From Ruditapes philippinarum (taxonomy: Eukaryota), in the NCBI RefSeq assembly GCF_026571515.1, contig NW_026862407.1:124001-188000 (forward strand): a stretch of 64,000 nucleotides of DNA. Direction: 5' to 3'. The notes under the pieces are model-generated. The model was given only the letters and a program-made list of their open reading frames with translations, ran no database searches and was not told where the DNA came from. The position numbers were made by a program, and so were the translations under genes. Of this stretch, positions 39,845 through 51,992 are shown piece by piece (position 1 is the stretch's first letter; each line of letters starts with the position of its first letter).

Positions 39845-40079
39845 GAGCTGCGTCACAACAAAACCAACATAGTGCGTTTGCGACCAGCATGGATCCAGAC
39901 CAGCCTGCGCATCCGCGCAGTCTGATCAGGATCCATGCTGTTCCCTTACCAACTATATTACAAGTAGAGAAACTGATAGGGAACAGCATGGATCCTGATC
40001 AGACTGCGCGGATGCGCAGGCTGGTCTGGATCCATGCTGGTCGCAAACGCACTATGTTGGTTTTGTTGTGACGCAGCTC
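39845..40079. mobile_element. Palindromic MITE, Sola-like
   Basis: 102-bp perfect inverted arms (39845-39946 / 39978-40079), GAG...CTC termini, 4-bp TSD ATTT. Confidence 0.8.
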
Positions 40080-40168
40080 ATTTGTCTCTGCTATGCTCAG
40101 CAGCAGAAATAGCTGTGATAGTGTGATGTCAAAGTTGTTTGACTTGGTAGATTAGTACCAAATGGATA

Positions 40169-40348
40169 AGTTTCTGTTGAAACACTCTCGAATCTGTTCA
40201 TTGAACCAACCAGTACTAAGCAATGAGTGTAAAGTTTCTTGCTCACGGAAACAACGGCTTGCCCCTGATATGACGGGGTTTGATTTCACGCCGCAAGCAA
40301 TCCTTAAATAGCTAGTCCGTTAACCACTCGGCCAAGTTACCACTAAGA
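40169..40348 (-). mobile_element. tRNA-derived CORE-type SINE
   Basis: Minus strand: tggccgagtggttaa A box and CORE-like gtttccgtgagcaagaaactttacactcattgcttagtactggtt; 12-bp TSD accaaatggata (40157-40168 / 40349-40360). Confidence 0.8.
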
Positions 40349-40895
40349 ACCAAATGGATATTATAACACGTTAGCCTTGATATGTAAATTGCCAAAATGT
40401 CTTGCTATGCGTTGTTAATATATAGTTGTGATATAAAAACCTGCATTGTTTATGGGAAAATGTACTTTTTGTTTTAGATGAGATTCCCAAAATAATCGCA
40501 AATGTCGTTTCGCATTACCGTTTCGTGATGTCTTAGAATAGAAAGAAGTAGGCTTTAATTTCCTGTTTTGACATAATCCATTTTCTTTTGTAAACCGTAT
40601 GATCGCCTTTTGTTTGTGAGAAAGTTTATTTTGCCGCTGCTCCGGGAAAATGCTAAAATAAAAACAGCCTAACTGACATTTCTTTTGTCAATATATATAT
40701 CGTAAGAGCATTAGTGCATAGCAGTTTTAATGTAATTAGATCTGTGTAACTATTGTTCAAGCAACTTTTTATGAAAATGCCAGATAACTACTTTTGATAT
40801 CAGGTTAGTTATTTGGTGATAAATTGTTAACCCTGCTGTAAAAGCAGTTTTCTGTTTCTGTTTTTTAATTTTTGTTTGTTTGATGTTGTTGCTGT

Positions 40896-41372
40896 TTTTT
40901 GTGCCCCCCACTATAGGGGGACATTTAGATTTACCTTTGTCCGTGTGTCAATCCGTCCGTCCGTCCTTATTTTGTGTTGTAGAGTCATGAAACTTTATAG
41001 GAATGTTGCTCAGCATGTTTAGTTGGGCACTTGGGTATTTTCGTGTGGATTTATTAAGCACTTGTAGAGTTATTGCCCTTGACTTAGTATAAATTTGCTT
41101 ATTTCAACTTGTTCATGAATATAGCTAAAAAAAGTATTTGACATGTAGGCCTGAAATTTTACAAGAATGTTGGTCAGCACATGTATTTATGCACCTTGGG
41201 GTTTGCTTGTGGATATATTCAGTATTTGTAAAGTTCCTGTCATTTTTACTTAGTAAATTTTTGTTTTAGTTTTCAACTTGTGGCACATGTAGCCCAAAAG
41301 ATATTTGAGTCATAACATTGACAAAACAGTGGAGTGTGGGGGCACCTGTGTCCTATGCTCACATTTCTAGTT
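40896..41372 (+). mobile_element. HINE
   Basis: gtgccccccactataggggg subTIR, (CCGT)n, two diverged internal repeats, 3' gtgggggcac-tgtgtcctatgctcacat-ctagtt. Confidence 0.8.
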
Positions 41373-41689
41373 CTTCTTTTATTCTATTTTAAGCCTATAT
41401 ACAAGTTTATTTGATAATCAAGTGATATTCTTTTCCGAATTATTCTGATTGAATTTTTCACCAAATCAACGCCGTAATATGTTTTAATGTTACCATGTTT
41501 CGCCGGGTGATTATTTAACAACTTCAAATTCACGTTATATTATTAAAATACTCAGTTTTGTTAAACATAAAGAACAGATTCATCAAGTGGAATGATAAAA
41601 TGTTTAAACGATAGTTGTGCTGGGATTTTAGATACATAAATCAAAACATTGAGTTACCTGAATAACCTTTTTTCTCAATGTGTTTAATA

Positions 41690-41699
41690 AATAATAATT

Positions 41700-41726
<27 letters not shown>
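41690..41726. repeat. (ATA)n microsatellite
   Basis: Run of aat units. Confidence 0.85.
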
Positions 41727-41730
<4 letters not shown>

Positions 41731-43071
41731 TATATAAAATATATATGATATAAAAAATCAACATAGGTTTTAAACAGTAAATATTCTGGTTAATAAATGG
41801 CAGCTTCCTTTTTTTACTTGACAGTACAATAACTCTCTTGCTGATACAATGATCGTTATTCTATAGACGGATGTATTGTACTGGTCTAAGGAAAATAAAA
41901 AAACCAAACAAGTTCTCTCCATTCCATGTTTTATTCCTTTCTTAATTTGACTGTGTGTCAACTTCTCATAAAGGCCAGTTCAAATTAAGTGCTGCTTGAT
42001 TTATTTTCGCATATATGATTTTCATTTGAAAAAAAAAACATTGACATTTGTAAAGAAATGGATGCTATTAATCTTACTGAATGTAAAGGATTTTCGAAAA
42101 ACTATAAATAATATTGCATACCTGATTTAAGCACAGATAGAATTTTAATTTCAAGTAAAATCTATTGAAATCGCTTTTAAGCAATGTCAGTATTTCTTTA
42201 GATAGAAAACCTAGACACACATGTGTTCTTTACTATTTATTACGAAATAAATTCTAAAATAGCTATTCTACAATAGCATGGAATAGTTACAAGTCTTTAA
42301 GCCTTAAAACAGTGTCTTTAATAAGCAGTAGGGTTTTAGCAGTTCCCCCATTTAAAGCATGTTATAAAAAACAAACACGTCAGCCTTGACAAGTATAACC
42401 AGAAATCTCGTACAATGCAATTACATAGACTACCAAGTACCCATTCATACTCCGGTTTAATTGTGATAACCATTTATAACAAACTTTTTCAAATGTTTAC
42501 AATGTCCATTTCTTGGTTTGAAAAAACTACACATTTATTCAAGAAATTAAAAAAAAAAGTAGGCGGACCTATATGATATATCTTTTTAAGATGCACATGA
42601 GTTAAATAATAATAACGCTGTTTGGATCTTTAGCTTACAAAATTGATTAATCTTAAAGTTCCTGTAACACAAATTTTTTATGGTTTTATATCATAAATAT
42701 AATTTTTAAATTAAAATTTATCAATTTTTAATGTTCCAAAAAGCATTATTTATAAAAATATTACCGAATTTAACATTTCATGTAAATAAAGGGAGGTAAT
42801 AAAGATTTATTTTCTCAAACGTCTAAGTCAAATTTTTCAATAAGAAATGAAAGCATATATTTTAATGATTACATATAATATGTACAAATATTTGAAGTAC
42901 ATATGTTACATGTTCTTCGATGTTTGAAAATTGTTTTATAAGCAAAATTATATACATATATATAATTTCACTTAAATGTGGTGTACAACTTCAATTACAA
43001 CATACAGGCTCTTACACTAAGTATGACTTAGTTTTTATGAAGTGAACATTTCAACAATTAAGAACATAGGG

Positions 43072-43921
43072 TGTTACTTCAGAAAAGCACTTGGCGGTGA
43101 CATTTTGACCTTTTGGCATGAAATGAGTATGTATCATTCCTCGTGAATCCCAAAAGGCAACAAGCATGACTTTTCCAGCCAAAGTAGACAGCTTAAACTT
43201 TTTAGGAGGTGGGGAACCAGCTCGTGTCCACTGCTCTGACTGAGCTTTTGTCTCAGGTTCGGAATAATGAACCCACATCTCATCTCAAGTAATAATGCGG
43301 TTCAAAAACTTATCTCCTTCACCATTAAAACGACTTAAATATTATTTTGCATTGGTTACCTTTTGATCTGCGCACAGCTGTCTAGGCAACTACCTGGCAC
43401 TTACCTTGCTCATGCCTAGGTGAATCTTGTTTGCCGATGCCTTACCGATGCTAATCTTGTTGGCAACCTCCTCCAAAGTTACTCAACGATTTTTGTTGAC
43501 AAAAGCTTTAACATTTGCTACCATTGTTAGTGTCACCGCCTGAGCTGGTCGCCCAGTCCTAGGCCTGTCACAAACACTTGTTCTGCCTTCACGAAACCGA
43601 GAACCCCAGTTGTAGAAGGTGTACACATTTATCAGAAAATCTTTTTTAAGCCTCTGAAAGATGTGGCAGGGCTTTTCACCTTATGCAACCAGAAACTTTA
43701 TTACAGAGCGTTGTTCCTCTAACAAAGAGTCCATGATAGACGAAACACCTATCATATATCAGAGGGCAAAATACTGTGTATACACAACTATGATTGAAAA
43801 TTAACTGACCACGTTATTGGTGAATGAATACAGTTCTTACAAATATATAATGTGTTTATATAGCTGCACGTGGAAAGAGAGGAGCATGATAAGTCCGGAT
43901 ATTTTCTGACCGTCCCTCGTA
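43072..43921 (-). mobile_element. Mariner (Tc1/mariner) transposon, 3'-truncated transposase pseudogene
   Basis: TA|cgagggacggtcag terminus at 43921; ATG 43734 MDSLLEEQRSVIKFL..., FREGRTSVCDRPRTGRP, degenerate WVPREL (AR*LPRQL), IIT*DEMWVHY, AGKVMLVAFWD; several in-frame stops. Confidence 0.9.
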
Positions 43922-43933
43922 CAAAGGGAGAAT

Positions 43934-44145
43934 TTTGTTTGTTTGATTTTACGCCTTTTTCAACAGTATTTCAGTCATATAGGCGGGTAGTTTCCTAACC
44001 ATCGTTCCTGGAGAGTTACACCAGTACTAGACTACCTTCCTCCGCGCTAAACTACCAAAGCATCTCCCGGGGATCGAACCCACGCCAGAGAGGTAACTGG
44101 ATTAGAAGTCATCGACTCTAACCCCTCGACCACGGAGGCGGTTAA
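43934..44145 (-). mobile_element. tRNA-derived SINE, same family as 17722-17942
   Basis: Close reverse-complement match to the 17722 copy; 13-bp TSD acaaagggagaat (43921-43933 / 44146-44158). Confidence 0.9.
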
Positions 44146-44564
44146 ACAAAGGGAGAATAATCATGAAAACAAATGAATGGCAGACTATTTTCCCCGCATA
44201 CCAGTTCATCACCCTGACGATTCACCCATAAACTGTTTCTTCACCGTACGGTTCTTCCCTTTATCAGCTATCCCTCCAAAAAGATATTTATCATTTTTAT
44301 TTATTTATTTTCATCTTTTTTATAAAGGTATTTTATTGTTGTTGTTTTTTTTTCAACATGATAAGAGGAATTGGGAGTGAAGGCAACTTTTTACCCATAG
44401 ATTTACTACATCTACAAGTTTTACTTAGATGCATTAACCAAGAATCTTTTAAAAAATTTATGTACAATCATGTAGGATCTAATAAGAACTGTTCGAAGTG
44501 TAAATCTTGCAGAATAAATTATCATAGATATATCATAGGAAAGAAACATAAAAGTTAACATATA

Positions 44565-44790
44565 TTTAACACATGAAACTTATTCATATGAAAAACATGA
44601 CTTTGTGATAACCATGAGTTTTACATGTGTTTGTTGACACATGTTTTTCATATGGTCATGTTAAACCTATGTTATTTTACATATGAAAAACATATGTTCT
44701 TAAACACATGTTTTTTAAAACATATAAAACACATGTTTTACATATGAAAACATATGGTGTACCAAACATACAACAAACATGTGTATCAAG
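44565..44790. repeat. Low-complexity ACATATG/AAAACATG array with inverted organisation
   Basis: Repeated catatgaaaaaca / tgtttttcatatg / acacatgtttt motifs in both orientations. Confidence 0.6.
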
Positions 44791-46188
44791 CACCATGAAT
44801 GTGTACTGTGCGCTGAATGGCAAAACTATTTTATATGACATGCGTTCCCTTTTATCAAATTAGATAAATGCAACCTTGCCTGCAACATTTTCAATTTTGC
44901 CGTGTTGGGCTTTCTTTAGGGATTCTGTATTTATCTATTTTATTAACATATTGTCTATATTCTGGTTAAAACAAAAAGAGCCACCACCATTATAAGACCC
45001 TGAAGCAAGGGACATTATCTAAATTAAACAATGACTACAGTTTTCAATCCACAAATAACCAAATAGAATGCATTGCCAAAAACATCTAGCACAGTTTAAT
45101 ATCATACAATTTATCTAATAACTGCAAATAACAAAATAATGTCAGTAAAGATTTAAATCATACAATCATACAATTTATCTAATGATTGCAAATAACAAAA
45201 TATTGTCAAACAAAACTTCTAGTTCATGTGAAACTATGCTTCATATTTAATCACTTCCTGACTATAGTTAACAAACAAAAAGATCATAACACATAAAAAA
45301 GAAAGTACTTACTAAAGGTTAAATGACAACTGAAGGTCAATATGGCAGTAACAAATTAGACTTCGGTTCACGAAATGTGTCGGAAATCCACTTCAATCCT
45401 GATTAAGGCTCTCGGAAGTTTCTTATAAAGCTATTTCCGTCCAAATTCGTAACAGTAAGTAACAAGCATATATTCTGACCAATTGTTTTCCTTTTTGTTT
45501 TTCTCTGGTACAGACGTTACAATGAACACTGATTAAGACTTTCAGTATCAATTCTTGTCACGGACTTGTCACGAAAATATAGTAGCTGGGATTATATTTT
45601 GTTTCAATGAATGTTGGATTTGCATTCTTATGCCACATTGTACATGTACCGATGCTCCTTTACTTGTGTTGCAATGGGTTAAATTAAACTTCGTGAGTGT
45701 TTCAGGTTGCATTGTGTGACTGGGCAAGCTTAATATGGAATATTGGTGAATCTATTCTATTGTCTGCTCGTGCATAAAGATGCACCTGAAGTCTTTCCCA
45801 ACCAGTAAAACTGAAAAGTCAATACGTGACCTCGAATTGTGTTGTTGTTACTGCGAATCTGCTATCCTCCATTGTCCTCCCGAAAAGGGCCTTTTGAATA
45901 ATATTTGTGGCCATTATTTCTCTTATTATGTATTATTGGTTATTCCTCAAAATCAAGACCTGGTACGGTGTGAATGTATATGTTAAACGTTTTTCTTTTG
46001 TTTTCATAAGGATGTTTTTATTTATTTGACCACTAAAAATCGTATGTCGCCTTAACCTGTAAAAGCATTTATTTGAAAAATGTAATAAATACCTTATCGG
46101 CATTAAAAGGCAAACATAAGCTGACTGTGATAATCCTAGAGATAATACATGTTGCCAGCCTTCTTTATCTGCTGTACGATACCAGGAT

Positions 46189-46836
46189 AACTAGACATGT
46201 GTCCATAGGACACGGATGCCCCCACACGCCACTGTTCTGTCAATCTTATGACTCTAGGTCAAATATTTTTTGGACTACATGTGCCACAAGTTGAAAACTA
46301 AATATCAACAAAGGGCCATAATTCTGTTAAATTTGGTCGCAGCAAAAATTCCTTTCTTTACTACCATCTACACCTTAAGGTTGTTCATCCCTGTAAGTTT
46401 AAGCAATCTGCCATCTGGTTTAAGAGGAGTTGCGTTCACAAAATTTCTACATAGTATATAATGAAAAAATCAACAAAGGGCCATAATTCTGTTAAATTTG
46501 GTTGCAGCAGAAATTCCTTCCTTCATGGTCATCTACACATTAAGGTTGTTCATCCCTGTAAGTTTAAACAAAATCTGCCATCCGGTTAAAGAGGAGTTGC
46601 GTTCACAAAATTTCTACATAGTATCTAGTGAAAAAATCAACAAAGGGCCATAATTCTGTTAAATTTGGTCGCAGCGAAAATTCCTTCCTAAACTACCATC
46701 TACACATTAAGGTTGTTCATCCCTGTAAGTTTAAGCAAAATCTGCCATCCGATTTAAGAGAAGTTGCGTTCACAAGATTTCGGGACGGACGGACGGACAA
46801 GTGCAACGCTATATGCTCCCACTGGGGGCATAAAAA
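46189..46836 (-). mobile_element. HINE with 3 x ~166-bp central repeats
   Basis: aactagacatgtgtccataggacac end, repeats at 46306/46471/46638, (GACG)n, gctcccactgggggcataaaaa end. Confidence 0.85.
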
Positions 46837-48119
46837 TCTCATTCTTTTAAAACTATTCCTGGCAATACGAGAAGTAGTTCCAAAACGGTACGTCGTCATA
46901 GCTAGAAAAAGCATGCATGAACGCTCTCGGCACCACCAAGCATTTTGTCCTGGTGACCAGCAGCATTATCGTAACTATAGCACTTGTCGTCTGGTGTAAA
47001 CCACTTAAAAAGTAGGACTGGGCTTCTGCTTTTTTGTTGTTTTTTTTCGGGTGGGGGAGGGGGTTGGTGTGAGTCTTACATTACAATATCGATGTTCCAT
47101 CGCCGAGTGAAATATGATAAACAAGATCTACAAGGGAAGGCGGCGTTCAATTAACGCAACCCCCACATATTACATTAGCAAACTACCTAATACCTATAAA
47201 AATGCCTTATTGTATTATACACACAATTGAAATGCGCCTTAGAACATAACATAGTTACATAGTTAGCGGAAAAGAAAACTAAAAAGCATTAATATAAAAA
47301 TTAGCAAACTGGGATATATTTGACCATTTTTTTTAACACCAACTCAATTAATATAATAATTGAATTTGCAATGTCTTGAAAAGTGTTCAGTTTAGTTTTC
47401 ACAAATGTTCTTTTAACAAAATTCTTTAATCAATACCTTGAAATCGATGCCTGTACGACAACGATGCCCCACCAATACTGTGCTAACAAATGCCGTGTGA
47501 ATATCGCCTAAATAGTTTCACAAATAAAAGGACTGCTACTAGGCAGGTGCGATTTGCCCAATTATTGTTTTGGAATGGTTCCTAGAAGCATGTCTGACTC
47601 GTTCGATTAAACAATTCTCGGAATCAATTCTTCGACCGAGTGGAATCACAAAATTAGAAAAACAGTCACGTGGTACAAAGATGACGGCTTCCGAAGAAGT
47701 TTTTCAGGACTCATTGCATTGCTGAGAGTAAGAAATTACAGCAATAACAACGGGTGAATATACCCTCTTGTTTGAATAATGCTCTCTTTAAGTGTGTGGT
47801 GTAAAGTTGATTTAGAATTACTTCGGACACATGACTTTCTAGTTATAGAATAAAAAATCGCACCTGCTTACTGATAAATACTACATATTGGGGAAAAAGG
47901 AGGAGAGATTGTCACACAGGATTTTAAAATTTAGTTAAACAGTTTGTATTATCACTTATCAGAGATGTTATATTTCCGATCCTTAAAGATCGTTCAGAAC
48001 GACAATATTGTTGTGTTTGCGGTACTTTTACTTTTAGTTTTTACTTTTTGGCATTTTTCTAGTTGGGTGGTTCCGCGATTCCTATTTGAATATTAGGATA
48101 TGTTGCCTGCTTTTTAAAT

Positions 48120-48520
48120 TTGTCTTTGACGTCATACCTGTGATGCAGCCTTCATCATCATAACCTCTGATATCCTCTTTTAAAATTCCATTTTATTCCG
48201 CCCATTGTTTTCTCGTTTAGGACACACGCATTCTTTCAATTTGGGACCATACGCCGCTTTTCATGGGATAGTGCGAAAGTGTTCCATTGATGTTTCCATG
48301 ATAACCGCCGTATGAATACAGCTGCGGATGTATCTAAATTCAAAATTTCACCATTACCATGATTAAATGTTTAATTCTGCTTAAGCCGGAGCTTGGTGTC
48401 TTGGACGGTAGTTTTCAATTGACAGTACCGTTGATGAACAGGCTCAGTCAAACGGAGCCTGCAACATTTTCAATAATGCCGCTTTGTACTTTCTTTAGGG
48501 ATTCTATTTCTCTGTATTTT
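48120..48520 (+). mobile_element. Structured 3'-anchored retro-element 'Z' (LINE 3' UTR or SINE), long copy
   Basis: Aligns with 58285-58682, 52832-53050, 61770-62011(-) and shorter copies; all end near tagggattct + T-rich tail. Confidence 0.7.
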
Positions 48521-48756
48521 ATAAAATAAAAAAGAAGTTAATTTGGATACATATACAATACAAAAATATTTTAAATTTCATTTTATACATTTAAAGCATG
48601 TTACAAACAATTCTTAATTTAAGTATCTTACACTTCTTTGTATCAACATTCAATACAAACATTTTCCTTCAAGTTTGTTCCCGGTTAAGTAATATGTAAG
48701 CATCATAACAGATTTTGACTGCCTGTCTATGTCGGTAAACATCTGAAAAGCTGTCT

Positions 48757-49497
48757 CTACAACAAATATCGTTCAAAATATCTGTCCCGAAACCAAACTA
48801 TAACAAGGAAAGTAAGTGGAAGGCATGTGTATACTTTTGATGAACTTAACGACGTTTGATAGCTGAGGTATTTGTCACAGCACACGAAAGCCGACCCATT
48901 GACCCCTTTAATCCATAAAAGTTCCTCTCTTCTTGGATGGAATGTCATCACATGTTTCGCGTCGTTTTTAAGAAGCTTGACTTTAGGACAAATTCGGCCA
49001 TGCTCAGTAGAAACGGATGGACATGCTATTAACATTTCCACACGCAGAAATTTCTTCAGCTGATTATTCAAAATTGCTTTGGATGTGTTAGCCCTTGAAG
49101 CCGCAAAATCGACGAGTTCATTGTTAACTGATAAATTCAGTATCAATTGCAGTTTTGTTTCGAGGGACATCAAATTTGAAAAAATGTTCTCAATCCTGCA
49201 TCGGGAAGTGGGTGTTAACGTAAAGACTATATACATCTCCTGCAAAATCATATCATTGATGTTCTCTTCGATAAATATGTTGACGTCACACAATGCGCAA
49301 TTTCCGAAACCAAGTATTTTTTTAATGTGGGTATAATGGTTTTTGAGGTCATTTTGTGTTAATTCTGATTCTTTTAAATTCTGCGTTGGTGTCAATTTAA
49401 TAACAAGTTCATATACCTCATCATTAGCAAGGAACGGTACACATTTGCCTTTAAAGGGAATAAAACCCCGAAAGCAATGTAAAGCTCGGCATTTATT
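48757..49497 (-). CDS. Exon 3 (terminal) of SMB-domain gene; ends in Ser-rich + hydrophobic tail
   Basis: Acceptor ttatgttttgcag|AAT; NKCRALHCFRG...ICPKVKL...VCCDKYLSYQTSLSSSKVYTCLPLTFLVIVWF...*; 741 nt, in frame; spliced CDS 1725 nt = 574 aa. Confidence 0.9.
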   Translation of the reverse strand, partial: NKCRALHCFRGFIPFKGKCVPFLANDEVYELVIKLTPTQNLKESELTQNDLKNHYTHIKKILGFGNCALCDVNIFIEENINDMILQEMYIVFTLTPTSRCRIENIFSNLMSLETKLQLILNLSVNNELVDFAASRANTSKAILNNQLKKFLRVEMLIACPSVSTEHGRICPKVKLLKNDAKHVMTFHPRREELLWIKGVNGSAFVCCDKYLSYQTSLSSSKVYTCLPLTFLVIVWFRDRYFERYLL

Positions 49498-49714
49498 CTG
49501 CAAAACATAATGTTATAATTGTTGTTTCAATTTAAAATTGACAGAGTAACAATTGCAAATTATATGCTGATTTTAATGCCTTGTAATTTCTTTACAAAAT
49601 TCAGGATGATAAGTTGCCAGAATTGCCTTATGTCGTATAAATAATTATTAAATTACTACACGTTATAAGTCCTATAAGTCCTATAAAAAAGCACCTGCCA
49701 CGTTCAATAACACA

Positions 49715-50233
49715 ATGACCTGGGTCAATATCTATATCACTTTTTCGGCCCCGGGTCGAAAAGTTATATAGATATAAAGCCCGCATTTGGAGTAATTTGA
49801 TTGGCTAATAAAGAAGGGCCAAAAATGATAAAAATTTCTGCATGAAACTGGGAAATGGCAGCCATTTTGTTTTAACTCGGTCTATGTGTAGACGGGTTGT
49901 ATAAATAAAACAAAATATTCTCAGTTTCTAAGCATTCACAGTCTGATATTTTGTTGAACATGTACAATAAAAGTTACAAAATGCAGGTTTTCCAAACAAA
50001 CTGATAAAATGTAGTAATTTTTACACTTGTACTTTGTTATAATTAAAATATGTTAGAAGAAATATCCGAGGTATCAATGTGAAATATTATTTAATAAAAT
50101 TGTCAATAAATAAGTGTTTTGATATTGGCCCTGTTATTTGTCCTCAGGTCAGTCGTATTTGCCCTCGGCCTTGAGCCAATACGACTTCCCTCAGACAAAT
50201 AACGGGGCCAAGATCAAATCACTTATTTATTAA
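49715..50233. mobile_element. Hairpin-ended non-autonomous element in intron 2 of the SMB gene
   Basis: Left hairpin tatctatatcactttttcggccc/gggtcgaaaagttatatagata; right hairpin aataaataagtgttttgatattggccctgttatttgtc...gacaaataacggggccaagatcaaatcacttatttatt. Confidence 0.65.
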
Positions 50234-50553
50234 CATATAATAATACATGCACTTCGTTTTGATAGCGCCCCCTTTTTATTAAAAGGTTTGTTAATCAGGC
50301 GTGTTGTCATTGTATTAATCATGCCATAATATTACAATTATTTGTAACATATCAGAATATACATACCTTTATCACAATTATTATAAATCAAACTACAACA
50401 AAAGTGTCAGTGAATCAATTCTTTGAAGCTGTTGCATAAGAAAACAAAAAGTCCAATGCATCGTTTATGAAATTACTTACAACCATAAAAAATTATCGTT
50501 ATCAGGTTTGTTTTACATATAACGATCGAAAGGTGTTAAATGTTTGCACTTAC

Positions 50554-50789
50554 AAAGAATGTATCGAGTATCTCGCCCTTCCCACATCGTCTTGATTTCT
50601 GCTTGGAATTATCTTGATCGAGTAGTATGTTTAAATTGAGTAGGACATACATTGAAGCGGTGTATGGCTGCCTTTCTATTCTGTTTACACATTGACTTAT
50701 ATAAGGGATTTCATTAATACTATTGCATTGATAGCAAAACAAGTTTGGGTAAACATTGCCCATTTCATCGAGTATAAAGTAACCTGCGT
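50554..50789 (-). CDS. Exon 2 of SMB-domain gene
   Basis: Acceptor ttctctcctttcag|AC, in frame with exon 1 (DAGYFILDEMGNVYPNLFCYQCN...CGKGEILDTFF); phase-0 donor TTT|GTAAGT; 236 nt. Confidence 0.9.
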
Positions 50790-51244
50790 CTGAAAGGAGA
50801 GAAAATATATAGATTTTGCGTTATGGTAAGAAAAAAAAATAACAGTTAAAATGTGTTAATAAAATAAACGAAATACTAGTAGGTGATTATTGTGTATCAC
50901 TCTTATCGGATTTTCCTACTACGGTCAAGACTATGATTTCAGATTTGAAATCAGTTCCTGAAAGTGGATTTAAAGCAGTGTAATTCTAAAGAACGCTTTC
51001 AACTTTGAAAAGTATAATTATATTGTAAAAACTAAAGTATTGTTTAAAAGCACACAGTCGTACGCACACACACACACACACATTCTTAATTCTACCTTTC
51101 ACCATTTCCATGCTAAAATGCTAAAATGTAAGCCTGTACTAGAGGTTGAAAAAACCACAGTCTTGCTTTTTGTTTATTTATTTATTTATTTATTTAGTTA
51201 TTTTTCAAGGGTAATTTGATTTATTTATGTATTTTACAGGTTAC

Positions 51245-51992
51245 CTGTTTGGTTAAGACAAAAGTCGTAAAGCTCGTTATCAATGGTTTCCATATTCCCA
51301 GTCATGTTGCACTGTTTTTTAACATAAGATTCTTCAAAGCACATAACTTTCCAAAAGTCGATGTTGGTCGGCGGGATGAAATGTAAAATGCAGTTTGACA
51401 GTATTTTTGAATAGATAGTAACAATGTCCAGCGCCGTATCTAAAACCTTACGGCAACTTGCATTTGAAGCTTTGTGAACAGAAACCTCCCAATCCAAAGT
51501 CCTTCTTTCACCATGACAGTAACCGCAGTATTTATTCTTGTAAACAATATTCCCATCAACAGAAGAAACTGGTCGTATTTCTGTAATTGTTTTGGTTGGC
51601 CCAACACTTTCACATTTTGCTTTGATATCCGTGTCCTTGTATTCTTTTGGACAACTTGTTCTTGCGTAATATGAGGGTAAGCTTATATGTATATCGGTAC
51701 CATTTGCTTTATATGCAGAAGGTAAGCATTTCTGTTGTATGTTCACGTCGGACTTCATATTAATAACTTTCTCCTTATCTCTACAGCATGTTCCCTTCTC
51801 TATACAAATATCATCACATTCACATGGTCTACAACAAAACTCCCATTCAGACCATTGCATGGTCATGTTTCTGGTACATCTTTGTTCAAATCCACAAAAT
51901 TTCACTTCTAGCTTTGTAGCATTATGCTGCGGCCATAGTGTTAAAAGTATCAATACAATTATAGACATGATCCTGCGCTTTATGAAATACAT
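51245..51992 (-). CDS. Exon 1 of SMB-domain Cys-rich membrane/GPI-anchored protein (signal peptide + SMB + Cys-rich region)
   Basis: ORF MYFIKRRIMSIIVLILLTLWPQHNA (signal-like), SMB motif CCRPCECDDICIEKGTCCRD and YKNKYCGYCHG motif. Ends at phase-1 donor ACAG|GTAAC (51245/51244). ATG 51992 is conserved in the paralog; upstream ATG 52028 is not. Confidence 0.9.

Noticed and set aside
39792-40071. Overlapping ORFs on both strands
   Set aside because: Artefact of the palindromic MITE.
45540-47000. GC-richer, coding-like stretches flanking the HINE (incl. Cys-rich ORF 45780-45986)
   Set aside because: Stops in all frames examined and no recognisable motif; may be an old pseudogene but cannot be assigned.
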